This document shows positions 20,486-29,844 of a stretch of 64,000 nt of DNA, piece after piece. The position numbers and the translations under genes were made by a program. Source of the DNA: Clostridiales bacterium (GTDB lineage: Bacteria; Bacillota; Clostridia; Christensenellales; UBA1750). The DNA lies in NCBI GenBank assembly GCA_015056005.1, contig SVHB01000003.1, positions 2,283 to 66,282 of the forward strand, given 5' to 3'. Each line of letters starts with the position of its first letter. Position 1 is the first letter of the stretch. The notes beneath the pieces were generated by a model. The model worked only from the letters and a program-made list of their open reading frames with translations. It was not told where the DNA came from and searched no databases.

Positions 20486-20514
20486 ATTATAACCGCACAG
20501 AAGATATTTGTCAA
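20486..20514 (-). promoter_or_regulatory. sigma-70-type promoter of the six-tRNA operon
   Basis: The minus strand reads TTGACA-17 nt-TATAAT exactly (ttgacaaatatcttctgtgcggttataat), preceded by an A/T-rich UP-like tract. Confidence 0.7.
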
Positions 20515-20639
20515 TACCTTTTTTCAAATTTTCAAAACTTTTTTTGTACCCACCGGTATATGCAGAAATAAGTTTGTTGACAAAGCCCCATATATAATAG
20601 TACAATTTCAGTTAAGATAACTCCACGGAGGAAAATATT

Positions 20640-21242
20640 ATGATGATGGATGAAAGACTGAGAAAACAGCTTGAGTTCCTTATCGAAATAGATAAAATGA
20701 AGCTCATTTTGCGCCAGACGCTCACTGCCGACGGTTCAAGAAGGGAAAACGACGCAGAGCATTCGTGGCATCTTGCAATGGGCGCGATGACGCTTTATGA
20801 GCACTGCCCGTTTGAAATAGACGTTTCCCATACGGTTAAAATGGCGCTCGTGCACGATCTGGTCGAGATCTATGCGGGCGATACCTTTGCCTACGACGAA
20901 AAAGGTCATAAGGATAAGTTTGAAAGGGAGCTTGCCGCGGCGGATAAGCTTTTCTCCATGCTGCCCGATGAAAAGCAGAAGAAGGAGTTTTTTGATCTCT
21001 GGCGTGAGTTTGAGGATGAACAGACCAACGACGCGCGCTTTGCCGCCGCGATAGACCACCTTCTGCCCTTTATCAATAACCACCTGACTCAGGGGCATAC
21101 ATGGAAGCTTAATAATGTTAAGCGTTCATCCGTTATGAAGCGCATGGCGAGCATCGAGCAGGTCATCCCCGGCGCGTGGGGCGCGGTGAACGCGATAGTT
21201 GAAGATGCCATAAAAAACGGCTGGATGATAGACGACAGGTGA
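20640..21242 (+). CDS. HD-domain phosphohydrolase (YfbR-like 5'-nucleotidase family)
   Basis: ENDAEHSWHLA and LVHDLVEIYAGD motifs (H..HD..D). Confidence 0.75.
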   Translation: MMMDERLRKQLEFLIEIDKMKLILRQTLTADGSRRENDAEHSWHLAMGAMTLYEHCPFEIDVSHTVKMALVHDLVEIYAGDTFAYDEKGHKDKFERELAAADKLFSMLPDEKQKKEFFDLWREFEDEQTNDARFAAAIDHLLPFINNHLTQGHTWKLNNVKRSSVMKRMASIEQVIPGAWGAVNAIVEDAIKNGWMIDDR

Positions 21243-21247
21243 AAAGT

Positions 21248-22054
21248 ATGAAAAAATCCGTGTTTTTCAGGCATGTGCAGGATGCGATAAAAAAGGAAGG
21301 GCTGGAAAGGAAAGCTTTTTTGAAGGAGCTTAAAGAAGCGGGCTATGACGGCTTTGAAGTGACCTTCGGTGAATACGACGATGCAAAGAAACTGCATGAA
21401 GATCTTTCTTCTGTAGGGCTTAATGTGTCGTGCCTTTGCGCAAGCTTCAGACTCGACAGCGAAAACGACCCCGAAAAATGGAAAAAGGCAGTCGATGACG
21501 CAAAAACGCTCGAGAGCAAAAAGATACTCATAGTCCCCGGCTTTGCGCGCAGCGGCATGAGCCTTGATACGGCAAGGGAAAATATGGCAGAGCCGTTAAG
21601 GCAGATTGTAAGTTATGCCAAATCTCTTGGGATAACCGTGGTGATAGAGGATTTTGATTCCTCAGACAGCCCGATATCCGATTCAAACGGCATGATAAAG
21701 CTTGCCGATTCTGTGCCGCATCTTTGCTTCGCCTTTGATACAGGCAATTTCAGATACAGCGGCGAGGACGAATTTGCCGCCTTTGATAAGCTGAAAGGAA
21801 AGATCGCCCACGTCCATTTGAAGGACAGAGCGTACAGCCCCATAAACGAAGGCGATTCGCCCAAAACCGCTATGGATGGGAAAAATCTCTATCCCGCCCC
21901 CTTCGGCAGCGGCTTCATACCCGGAAAAGAGCTCATAGAAAAGCTCATGAGCATAGGCTACGACGATTATTTCGTCATAGAGCATTACGGTGCGGCCGAT
22001 CAGAAGAATTATATGCTCAAAAGCGTAAAATGGCTTAAAGAGAATTTCGGGTAA
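21248..22054 (+). CDS. sugar phosphate isomerase/epimerase (xylose isomerase-like TIM barrel)
   Basis: AGYDGFEV, VIEDF and HVHLKD motifs. ATG at 21248 is 5 nt after AGGTGA. The alternative GTG at 21239 overlaps the upstream stop codon. Confidence 0.7.
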   Translation: MKKSVFFRHVQDAIKKEGLERKAFLKELKEAGYDGFEVTFGEYDDAKKLHEDLSSVGLNVSCLCASFRLDSENDPEKWKKAVDDAKTLESKKILIVPGFARSGMSLDTARENMAEPLRQIVSYAKSLGITVVIEDFDSSDSPISDSNGMIKLADSVPHLCFAFDTGNFRYSGEDEFAAFDKLKGKIAHVHLKDRAYSPINEGDSPKTAMDGKNLYPAPFGSGFIPGKELIEKLMSIGYDDYFVIEHYGAADQKNYMLKSVKWLKENFG

Positions 22055-22099
22055 GCAAAATGATCAGAAATTCAACCAAAGCCGTTGAATCTCTTCCGT

Positions 22100-22660
22100 A
22101 AATGATGTTCGCCTTGCGGCGCAGCGATATACCCTTTGGGTATGATATGCACTTATGTGCGCGATATGTTTCCTTCGGAAACGCGATATGCGCCTGCGGC
22201 GCACATAATGCCTTAAAAAGCAATCACGCGTAAACCCATGCTTTACGGGTTTATGCGTAAGCCAACGAATAACACCTTTCAAATGTCCCTCCCTCCGCCG
22301 AGCTTGCATATGCAGAAAAGAAACGGGTGATGAACCGTCCCAAAAGAGCGACAGTTTGACCCCGACTAAAAGCAAATCTCGATGAAGCTATCCCTTACGG
22401 CTTCATCGACCTCCAACGCCAAAAAAATACTGTCCTAAAGCCGCGGAATCCAAGGGATGCAATCCCTTGGTGGATGAGGGTGTGGGAGAAGGCAACGCCT
22501 TCTTCCACATAAATAACTAAAGAACAAAATCCATCTGCCAGGGAAAGAAAAATCTTTGGGAGAAGGCAACGCCTTCTTCCACGTAAATGATTGAAGACTA
22601 AAATCTATCTTCCAGGGAAAGAAAAATCTTTGGGAGAAGGCAACGCCTTCTTCCAAGAAA
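22100..22660 (+). repeat. mosaic hairpin-rich intergenic repeat, copy B
   Basis: Same module order as copy A: mini-hairpins about 22108-22205, hairpin 22225-22261, hairpin 22450-22470, then the gggagaaggcaacgccttcttcc hairpin three times as a 74-bp tandem repeat (starts 22484, 22558, 22632). Confidence 0.8.
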
Positions 22661-22686
22661 AAAGATCGACTCAAAGGAGAACCACT

Positions 22687-24201
22687 ATGGAACGCGCTTG
22701 CGGAATACTGATGCACATAACCTCGCTGCCCTCGCCTTACGGAATCGGAACGCTGGGCAGGGCTGCATACGAATTTGCCGATTTTTTGAAGGAAGCCGGA
22801 CATAAATACTGGCAGGTGCTGCCTGTTGGACCCACCTCTATCGGCGACTCGCCCTACCAGTCGTTTTCGTCGTTTGCGGGCAACCCTTATATGATAGACC
22901 TTGATATGCTGGAAGAAGAAGGGCTGCTTAAAAAGGGAGAATACGAAAATGCGGATTTCGGCGGACATCCCCTGTATGTCGACTACGGCAAGATGTATGA
23001 AAACAGGTTCGATGTGCTGAAGAAAGCGTACGAGAGATTTGATATCGCAAACGATGATTATGTCGATTTCTGCGTGGATAACGCATATTGGCTCGACGAC
23101 TACGCTGTGTTTATGACCGCGAAGAAAGCGTTCGGCAGCGAAAACTCCTGGGCGCAGTGGAAGGATAGGGATATGCGCGACCATAGACCGATCGCGATCA
23201 GAGCATTCTCGGCTGTGCACGCAAGGGAGATCGGGTTCTATAAATTTATGCAGTACATGTTCTTCAAGCAGTGGAAAGCGCTCAAGGAATATGTAAACGA
23301 CCTTGGAATAAAGTTCATTGGCGATGCGCCCATATACGTCGCGCTCGACAGCGCCGACGCATGGGGCAAAAGAGAGCTCTTCAAGTTCGATGAAAGCGGA
23401 GTAAAGCCCACCTTTGTTGCAGGCTGCCCGCCGGATTATTTCAGCGAGGACGGTCAGCTTTGGGGCAACCCGCTCTATGACTGGGATAAGATCAAGAAAA
23501 CGGGTTATAAGTGGTGGATAGACAGGCTTTCCAATATGGCGAAAATATTCGACATGATAAGGATAGACCATTTCAGGGGCTTTGAAGCCTATTATGCTAT
23601 CCCTTACGGCGATGAAAACGCCAGGGGCGGTCATTGGGAAAAGGGTCCCGATATGGATTTCATAAACGCCGTAAAGGGCGCGATGGGCGATTTCCCGATC
23701 ATAGCCGAGGATCTGGGGCTGATAACCGACGAGGTAAGGCTGATGCTCGACAACTCCGGCTATCCGGGCATGAAGGTGCTCCAGTTCGCCTTCTCGGGCG
23801 GCAGCGATAACGCATACCTTCCCCATAACCATGTAAAGAACTGCGTGGTGTATTCCGGTACGCACGATAACGATACCCTGCTTGGCTGGTTCGAAGCCGC
23901 AGGTGACGAGGAAAAACAGTATTTTATGGACTATACCGGCGCAGAAGATAAGAGTGATGTGCTTGATGTGACACTTCGCGCGCTGTATTCGTCCGTGGCG
24001 GACCTTTGCGTGGTTACCATGCAGGATCTTCTTTCCTCAGGCAGTGAGTTCAGGATGAACACCCCTTCGACCCTTGGAAACAACTGGAAATTCAGAGCCC
24101 CAAAGGATTATGAAGAGAAGGTATCTGCCAAAAAGCTTAATAAGCTTGCAAAAATATATGACCGCGCGCTTGTATGCGAAGCGGAAGAAGAGGCTGAATG
24201 A
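22687..24201 (+). CDS. malQ: 4-alpha-glucanotransferase (amylomaltase, GH77)
   Basis: MERACGILMHITSLPSPYGIGTLG N-terminus, plus IRIDHFRGF and IAEDLG motifs. ATG at 22687 follows AAAGGAG. The upstream part of the listed ORF lies inside the repeat. Confidence 0.9.
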   Translation: MERACGILMHITSLPSPYGIGTLGRAAYEFADFLKEAGHKYWQVLPVGPTSIGDSPYQSFSSFAGNPYMIDLDMLEEEGLLKKGEYENADFGGHPLYVDYGKMYENRFDVLKKAYERFDIANDDYVDFCVDNAYWLDDYAVFMTAKKAFGSENSWAQWKDRDMRDHRPIAIRAFSAVHAREIGFYKFMQYMFFKQWKALKEYVNDLGIKFIGDAPIYVALDSADAWGKRELFKFDESGVKPTFVAGCPPDYFSEDGQLWGNPLYDWDKIKKTGYKWWIDRLSNMAKIFDMIRIDHFRGFEAYYAIPYGDENARGGHWEKGPDMDFINAVKGAMGDFPIIAEDLGLITDEVRLMLDNSGYPGMKVLQFAFSGGSDNAYLPHNHVKNCVVYSGTHDNDTLLGWFEAAGDEEKQYFMDYTGAEDKSDVLDVTLRALYSSVADLCVVTMQDLLSSGSEFRMNTPSTLGNNWKFRAPKDYEEKVSAKKLNKLAKIYDRALVCEAEEEAE

Positions 24202-24695
24202 TGGAACAGGTAATACTTGTATCCGGCCCTCTTGGCTGCGGTAAAAGCACTACAGCCAAGGCGCTTGCGGATGTACTCAATAATGTCTGCCTTATAGAGG
24301 GCGATATTATACATAATTTTATTATAAATAATCCGCTGGAGATGTACGAAGGCTTTGCTTTTGCATGGGACGGAATATTTGCCGTTGCAAAGGCTGCGCT
24401 GAAAAGAGGGGTTGACGTAGTCATCGATTATGTGGTCGAGGATGAGTACGATGCCATAAAGGAAGAATTTGCAGGCTATCCAGTACGTCTTTGCCAGCTG
24501 ACAGCGCCCGATGAAGTTATATTAAACAGGCTCACAAAAAGAGGCGACCCCGAAAGCCTTGAAAGATCTCTGTTTTTGAAAAACAAGATCGCATCTTTTG
24601 AGCATTTCCGCAAGCATATTTTTGATAACGGCGAATCCGATGCCCATAATACCGCAAAGATCATACTTGCCGATGAAAGGTTCGTGATAAAATGA
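24198..24695 (+). CDS. P-loop NTPase/kinase-like protein (AAA_33-like)
   Basis: VILVSGPLGCGKSTTAKALA Walker A motif. The start overlaps the malQ stop (ATGA). Confidence 0.55.
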   Translation: MMEQVILVSGPLGCGKSTTAKALADVLNNVCLIEGDIIHNFIINNPLEMYEGFAFAWDGIFAVAKAALKRGVDVVIDYVVEDEYDAIKEEFAGYPVRLCQLTAPDEVILNRLTKRGDPESLERSLFLKNKIASFEHFRKHIFDNGESDAHNTAKIILADERFVIK

Positions 24696-25783
24696 TCGAG
24701 TTTAAGAAAAACTGGAAGGATACCAACGATCGCTTTGACAGCTGGTTCCACGGCGGCAAGCAGGACAGACCGCTTCTGAACCTTTGGGTAAAAAGAGAAA
24801 CGCCTTTTGACAAGCTTCCCGAAGAGCCGTATTCCGATGAGACGGATATGTATCTGAACGTGGATAAGAAGTTTGCAAAGGCATACAACCGCTTCTGCGA
24901 AAGGGAGCCGATCGCCGAAGCCTTCCCAGAATTCAGCGTGAACCTCGGTGCGGGTTCGCTTGCGCTGTATCTTGGCTGTGAGCCCAAGTTCACCAAGGAG
25001 ACCGTTTGGTTTTTGAGCGATAACACCGAGTACGATAATTTCCTGCCCCTGCGCTTTGATCCGAACAACAAATGGTTCAAAAAGCATATCGAGCTGGTAA
25101 AGCGCCAGGCTGAGCTGGTATGCGGTACCGATATCATGGTCTCCATCCCCGACCTTATCGAAAACCTTGATATCCTCGCCTCCATCCGCGGATCGGAAAA
25201 CTGCTGCTACGATATTTACGACGAGCCCGAGAGAATGAAGGCCGCGCTTGACGATATCGCAAATGTTTATATGGATTACTATGATGCCTTTTACGATATC
25301 GCAAAAACCGCTGACGGGCGCAGCTCTTTCAACACCTTTTCCATACAGGGCAAGGGTAAGACCGCCAAAATACAATGCGATTTTGCTGCGCTCATGAGCC
25401 CAAGCCAATTCGACGAGCTCGTTATGCCTGCGCTTAAAATGCAGACAGATCAGATGGACAACCTTCTTTTCCATCTTGACGGGCCCGAGTGCATCTGCCA
25501 TGTGGATTCGCTCATGACCCTAAATAAGCTGGGCGCGCTTCAGTGGACGCCCGGCGCGCGCAACGAAAAGGGCGGCGACGAGCGCTGGTATCCGCTTTAC
25601 AAAAAGGTGCGCGACGCGGGCAAGGGTGTTTGGATCGCTCTTTATGAATACGAGCCTGATGAGGCCATCGAAAGAGCCAAAGCCCTGACCCGATATTTTG
25701 GCAAGGACGGTCTTTATTTCCTGATGCCGACCCTTGAAAGGGAAACGGCGGAGCGCCTTATGCTCGATCTGGAAAGGCTGTAG
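24692..25783 (+). CDS. conserved hypothetical protein, possibly URO-D/MtaA-like fold
   Basis: The overall pattern (..ASIRGSENCCYDIYDEPE.., ..LFHLDGPE..) recalls uroporphyrinogen-decarboxylase-like proteins. This is a weak call by eye. Confidence 0.4.
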   Translation: MIEFKKNWKDTNDRFDSWFHGGKQDRPLLNLWVKRETPFDKLPEEPYSDETDMYLNVDKKFAKAYNRFCEREPIAEAFPEFSVNLGAGSLALYLGCEPKFTKETVWFLSDNTEYDNFLPLRFDPNNKWFKKHIELVKRQAELVCGTDIMVSIPDLIENLDILASIRGSENCCYDIYDEPERMKAALDDIANVYMDYYDAFYDIAKTADGRSSFNTFSIQGKGKTAKIQCDFAALMSPSQFDELVMPALKMQTDQMDNLLFHLDGPECICHVDSLMTLNKLGALQWTPGARNEKGGDERWYPLYKKVRDAGKGVWIALYEYEPDEAIERAKALTRYFGKDGLYFLMPTLERETAERLMLDLERL

Positions 25784-25832
25784 CTTATAAACACAACGCC
25801 CCGACAGACTGAGATTCTGTCGGGGCGATTTA

Positions 25833-26141
25833 TTATTCCTTTGATATCAAAAAAATTTTTTTGCTGAACGCGCCGTTTTTGGCGTTTTTGTTTTCCCGAA
25901 GCTCAAGCAGGCGGTCTTCGCTTATGTTCCTTGCCCTGCAAATGGCAAAGAGCACTTCGGCTATATCGGCAAGCTCTGTTTCATCCTTTGAAAGGATGTA
26001 CTCGTTTATTTCTTCAACGAGCTTTTTTTCAAGCTCTTTGAGGAACTCATCGTCGCTAAGGGTTCTGACTTTTGGAATTTCGCCGTTATTCAATATAATT
26101 TCCGGTATATTATCCCGCACGAGCTTATTGTATATCGTCAT
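25833..26141 (-). CDS. MazG-like nucleoside triphosphate pyrophosphohydrolase (small, YpjD-type)
   Basis: MTIYNKLVRDNIPEII N-terminus and EELADIAEVL helix motif. The ATG lies 1 nt after the upstream stop. Confidence 0.7.
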   Translation of the reverse strand: MTIYNKLVRDNIPEIILNNGEIPKVRTLSDDEFLKELEKKLVEEINEYILSKDETELADIAEVLFAICRARNISEDRLLELRENKNAKNGAFSKKIFLISKE

Positions 26142-26142
26142 T

Positions 26143-26616
26143 TTATTCCCAGCCTTTGGCGATATCGACCCAGCCTGCAAAATTCTGCGCCGCTTTTTCA
26201 AGCTCTTCCACTTTAAGCTTCACCGCGGAATTTGGCGTTCCGGCTGCGGGGTAGACGGTCTCGAACCTTTTGAGCGAAATATCAAGATAGGTTTTGACGC
26301 CCGCGTTCACGGCAAAGGGGCAAACGCCGCCCATGGGGTGACCAACGAGCTCCATGAGCTCTTCGGGGCGCACCATGACCGCCTTGGTATGGAATAGTGC
26401 CTTGTATTTGCTGTTGTCGACTTTGCCGTCGCCTGCGATAACGACCACGATCGCTTCGCTACCGGTCTTGAACGCCATCGATTTTGCTATAAGCTTGGGT
26501 TCGCACCCAAGATCCCTCGCCGCTTCTTCAACGGTCGCGCTGGATTCTTCAAATTCCCTGACCCTGTCTTCAAGGTTCATCGGTCTTAAATATTCTCTGA
26601 CCTTTTCGCAGCCCAT
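26143..26616 (-). CDS. YbaK/ProX-type aminoacyl-tRNA deacylase domain protein
   Basis: IAKSMAFK...VVVIAGDGKVDNSKYK...HPMGGVCPF motifs. I chose the internal ATG at 26616 because the longer ORF runs into repeat copy C. Confidence 0.75.
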   Translation of the reverse strand: MGCEKVREYLRPMNLEDRVREFEESSATVEEAARDLGCEPKLIAKSMAFKTGSEAIVVVIAGDGKVDNSKYKALFHTKAVMVRPEELMELVGHPMGGVCPFAVNAGVKTYLDISLKRFETVYPAAGTPNSAVKLKVEELEKAAQNFAGWVDIAKGWE

Positions 26617-26679
26617 ATTGTTTCCCTCTCGATCCTCCGATTTTAAGGTTATTATATTTCCCCGCCGCCGCAAAGTCAA

Positions 26680-27342
26680 TGGGGGATGGGGACGAGGGAG
26701 GGGAGACGGCTGCGCTCTTTTTTGGTGAAGGGTTTCACCCTTCCCCAAGCCCCATCTGACCAAAGGATTGCATCCTCTGGACTCCGCGGCTTGGGGGAAG
26801 AGGAATTAAATGCGTTGGCTTACGCGTTGCCCGTAAAGTGTGGGCAACGCGTGATCGCTTTTTGGGGCGGTTATGCGATAGAGATTTAGACACTCAATCG
26901 GCCGTTTTTGTTTTGCGAGAGCTGATTCAAACAGGGTCAAAGTATCTTCCCCAAGCCCCATCTGACCAGAGGATTGCGTCCTCTGGACTCCGCGGCTTGG
27001 GGGAAGAGGAATTGAATGCGTTGGCTTACGCGTTGCCCGTAAAGGGTGGGCAACGCGTGATCGCTTTTTTGAGTGATTAGGCGATTGAGATTGGGACGCT
27101 CAATCGCCCGTTTCTGTTTTGCGAGAGCTGATTCAAACAGGGTCAAAGTATCCGCGTGCGCGGATAAATACGACAGCGAAAATACATTGGTTTGAGTTTT
27201 AGCTACTTGTGATAAGCCTAAAGCTCATGCCCGCGCACATATCGCGCACCGAAGGCGCATATCGCTCACCGAAGGTGAATATCGCGCCCAAAGGGCATAT
27301 CGCTGCACCGAAGGCGCATATCGCTTCCGCAAGGCGGAAATA
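26680..27342 (-). repeat. mosaic hairpin-rich intergenic repeat, copy C (inverted orientation)
   Basis: Reverse-complement versions of the same modules (hairpins 26760-26780/26966-26986 and 26819-26853/27025-27060). It has a 206-bp tandem duplication (26741-26946 / 26947-27152) and an array of about 20-bp units starting atatcgc at 27239, 27259, 27279, 27297 and 27318. Confidence 0.8.
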
Positions 27343-28221
27343 TCATTGCTTGAACAGCAAGCACACTGTTTCTTCTTTTCCGCTTTTTATCGCTTTTTCG
27401 ATCGCATTCATAATAAATACCGGGGCGATAAGATCGGTATAGGACATGCTTTGCTCTTTTCCGCGCAATATTTCCGCATATTCCTTGAACTCCATATAAT
27501 ACCAGTCATTGCCCTGCGTTGAAGCAACGGGCGCGCCGTGGACTCCTTTTTCGGAGAACCTTTCGGCGTAATACAGGTAATTGTTTTCGGTGAACACTCC
27601 TACGGCATCGTATGCTTCATATTTGAAGATCACAGTGGTCACATCGCCGTTTTTTGAGGCGATAACGCTTTTGGGGTATCTTCCGAAGACCTCGCAGACC
27701 ATTTCGACCAGATGCTGGGCGTAGAAAAAGAAGCCGCCGTAGGGGCTGTTTGATGAAAGAGGTGCGCGGATTATCCCGCCTATGGTTTTGCCCTCGAACT
27801 CCTCTTCCGATTCCTTTTTAAGCTGCTTGATAAAAGCATCCTGCCTGAGAGAGGAACCACCGGTTACCCTGACCTTATTGGCAATGAGCTCTTTCATGAA
27901 CATGACCGCCTCATCCTCGCTGATGGTTATGGGCTTATCTATGAACATGGGCACGCCGCTTTTGATATAGGGTTTGGCGTATTTATAGTGGTTATCCCCG
28001 TGGCGGGCGGTTATAACAACGCCGTCTGCCTTGCCCATGGCTTCGTCAAAGCTGTTGAGCACCGGTACCGAAAACTGGTCGGAAAGCTTTTTCGCGGCTT
28101 CGGGTTCATTGCTGTATACGCCGATGCAGCTTATGTCGGAAAATTCCTCGCGTTCGCTTATGAGTTTCAAAAACGCATTGGCATGCGAATTTTCGCAGCC
28201 GAGTATAACGATCTTTTTCAT
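27343..28221 (-). CDS. Gfo/Idh/MocA family oxidoreductase
   Basis: MKKIVILGCENSHANAF Rossmann-type N-terminus. ATG at 28221 follows AAAGGAG. Confidence 0.7.
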   Translation of the reverse strand: MKKIVILGCENSHANAFLKLISEREEFSDISCIGVYSNEPEAAKKLSDQFSVPVLNSFDEAMGKADGVVITARHGDNHYKYAKPYIKSGVPMFIDKPITISEDEAVMFMKELIANKVRVTGGSSLRQDAFIKQLKKESEEEFEGKTIGGIIRAPLSSNSPYGGFFFYAQHLVEMVCEVFGRYPKSVIASKNGDVTTVIFKYEAYDAVGVFTENNYLYYAERFSEKGVHGAPVASTQGNDWYYMEFKEYAEILRGKEQSMSYTDLIAPVFIMNAIEKAIKSGKEETVCLLFKQ

Positions 28222-28533
28222 TTTAACGCTCCTTTGGAACCTGACGGGCAGGGGATATTTATTTGTATACATTGGTTCACTGTTATTATATAATTGATAA
28301 ACTGCAAAGTAAATTGTAAAATGCGGTTTTTCGGATTACACCTTCTTTTACAGAAGCTATGTAAGGTTTTTCGGTCATTCGCCCTCGGATGACGGACGTG
28401 GGCGCTGAAGGGCTGAAAGAAAAATAGTTTTTTGTATATAAGCTGAATTGAGCAAAATCAGGTGTTTGACAGATCGAATAAGTCATGTATAATAAAAATA
28501 TATACTACAAAAGAAAAGTGGGATGAGATACCC

Positions 28534-29034
28534 ATGTATTGCGTAAGCTGCGGAGCGGAGCTTCAAAAAGGAGTTTGCCCCAAATGCGGCAAAAGCGACA
28601 GTTCTTTAGAAATACTGAGCATGGAACGCGAAGAGCAAGTCATTTGCATAAACTGCGATAAAGAAGTACGCTATGACCATGAGTATTGTTATTACTGCGG
28701 TGATGAGCTGATCGGCTATAAGCCCGACAAAGAGGAACGAGAGCGCAGGGAGGCAGATCGCAGAGCAAACGCAATGAGGAACGTTTCTGCAAAGAAAGGA
28801 TCGCCTGACGGAACAAAATGGCTGATATTGGGAATATTGACCCTGCCGTTTTCCATAACCAGCCTCGGATCCATAATCTGCGGCATAAGTGCGATCAACA
28901 AGAAGAAATCCGGGAACATCAGCGGTGCGATAAAAAGCACGAGAGCGGCAAAAAGATGGTTTTTTGCGGGCGTCATAATCTATGTGTTCGCTGCAGCCTG
29001 GATGCTGCTTTCCGGCATTCTTGATATGCTTTAA
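28534..29034 (+). CDS. zinc-ribbon domain membrane protein
   Basis: MYCVSCGAELQKGVCPKCG and a second CxxC..CxxC ribbon, then two C-terminal TM segments. Confidence 0.5.
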   Translation: MYCVSCGAELQKGVCPKCGKSDSSLEILSMEREEQVICINCDKEVRYDHEYCYYCGDELIGYKPDKEERERREADRRANAMRNVSAKKGSPDGTKWLILGILTLPFSITSLGSIICGISAINKKKSGNISGAIKSTRAAKRWFFAGVIIYVFAAAWMLLSGILDML

Positions 29035-29070
29035 TTAAAATAACATGTTTTTACCAAGGAGGCGAAATTT

Positions 29071-29835
29071 ATGTGGAACAGCTTTGACACAGGAAAATAC
29101 AGCGGTATGATAGCCGAGACGATCCGTATTAAGGGTCATAACGGCGATTATATCACCGCGTACCATTCAAGACCCATTGGCGACGGACCCTTCCCGTCCA
29201 TTGTGCTCATCCCCCATATGCCCGGCTGGGACGAGTACTGCTTTGAGACCGCAAGGCGATTCACTCAGCACGGCTACAGCGTGATCTGCCCCAATATCTA
29301 TGAGCGCTTCGGTCACGGCACTCCCACTGAGGTTGCAAAGCGCATGATGGAAGCAGGCGGCGTTTACGATGAATCCGTTATGGGTGACTGCGACGCTTCT
29401 CTTTCCTTCCTTCGCAATCAGGCCGGCTCAAACGGCAAGACCGGCGTTATCGGCATGTGCTCGGGCGGCAGGCATACCTTCCTTGCGGCATGTACTCTTG
29501 ATAACATCGACGCTGCGGTCGATTGCTGGGGCGGCGGCGTCGTGGGCGACGGCAAGGGCGGAACTCCCCAGCGCCCGGTAGAGCCCATCAAGTACACTGA
29601 AAAGCTTTCCTGCCCGCTGCTTGGCATATTCGGCAACGACGACAGGAGCCCCACCAAGGAGCAGGTCGATATTCTTGAAGAAGAGCTCAAGAAATACAAC
29701 AAGGATTACACCTTCTACCGCTATGACGGCGCGGGGCATGGGTTCTGGTATTACGATAAACCCATGTATCGGCAGGAGCAGGCGATGGATTCGTGGAACA
29801 AATGCATTGAATTCTTTGATAAACATTTGAAATAG
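29071..29835 (+). CDS. dienelactone hydrolase family protein
   Basis: GVIGMCSGG nucleophile elbow with Cys, and a C-terminal GAGHGF motif. AAGGAGG RBS. Confidence 0.75.
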   Translation: MWNSFDTGKYSGMIAETIRIKGHNGDYITAYHSRPIGDGPFPSIVLIPHMPGWDEYCFETARRFTQHGYSVICPNIYERFGHGTPTEVAKRMMEAGGVYDESVMGDCDASLSFLRNQAGSNGKTGVIGMCSGGRHTFLAACTLDNIDAAVDCWGGGVVGDGKGGTPQRPVEPIKYTEKLSCPLLGIFGNDDRSPTKEQVDILEEELKKYNKDYTFYRYDGAGHGFWYYDKPMYRQEQAMDSWNKCIEFFDKHLK

Positions 29836-29844
29836 GGTGAAGAT

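Noticed and set aside
22435-23865. 476-aa minus-strand ORF
   Set aside because: It is antisense to malQ and runs out into repeat copy B. It has no family resemblance and is a shadow ORF.
26617-26763. N-terminal extensions of ORFs into repeats (26143..26763, 22591..24201, 17244..17573, 22064..22375, 26686..27080, 42870..43091, 43238..43465)
   Set aside because: These reading frames lie within the multi-copy hairpin repeat and translate to low-complexity Gly/Pro/Arg-rich strings. Internal starts with good RBSs exist for the real genes.
27239-27344. Regularly spaced 20-bp repeat array, considered as a possible CRISPR array
   Set aside because: The units are only about 20 bp, are directly adjacent with no unique spacers, are degenerate, and form part of the larger mosaic repeat. 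There are no cas genes in the window.
28222-28533. 310-bp intergenic region with small hairpins (for example gtcat-tcgccctcgg-atgac), examined for a riboswitch
   Set aside because: I could recognise no conserved riboswitch core, and no terminator/antiterminator pair is evident. It probably holds only divergent promoters (TTGACA..TATAAT at about 28466-28493 for the zinc-ribbon gene).
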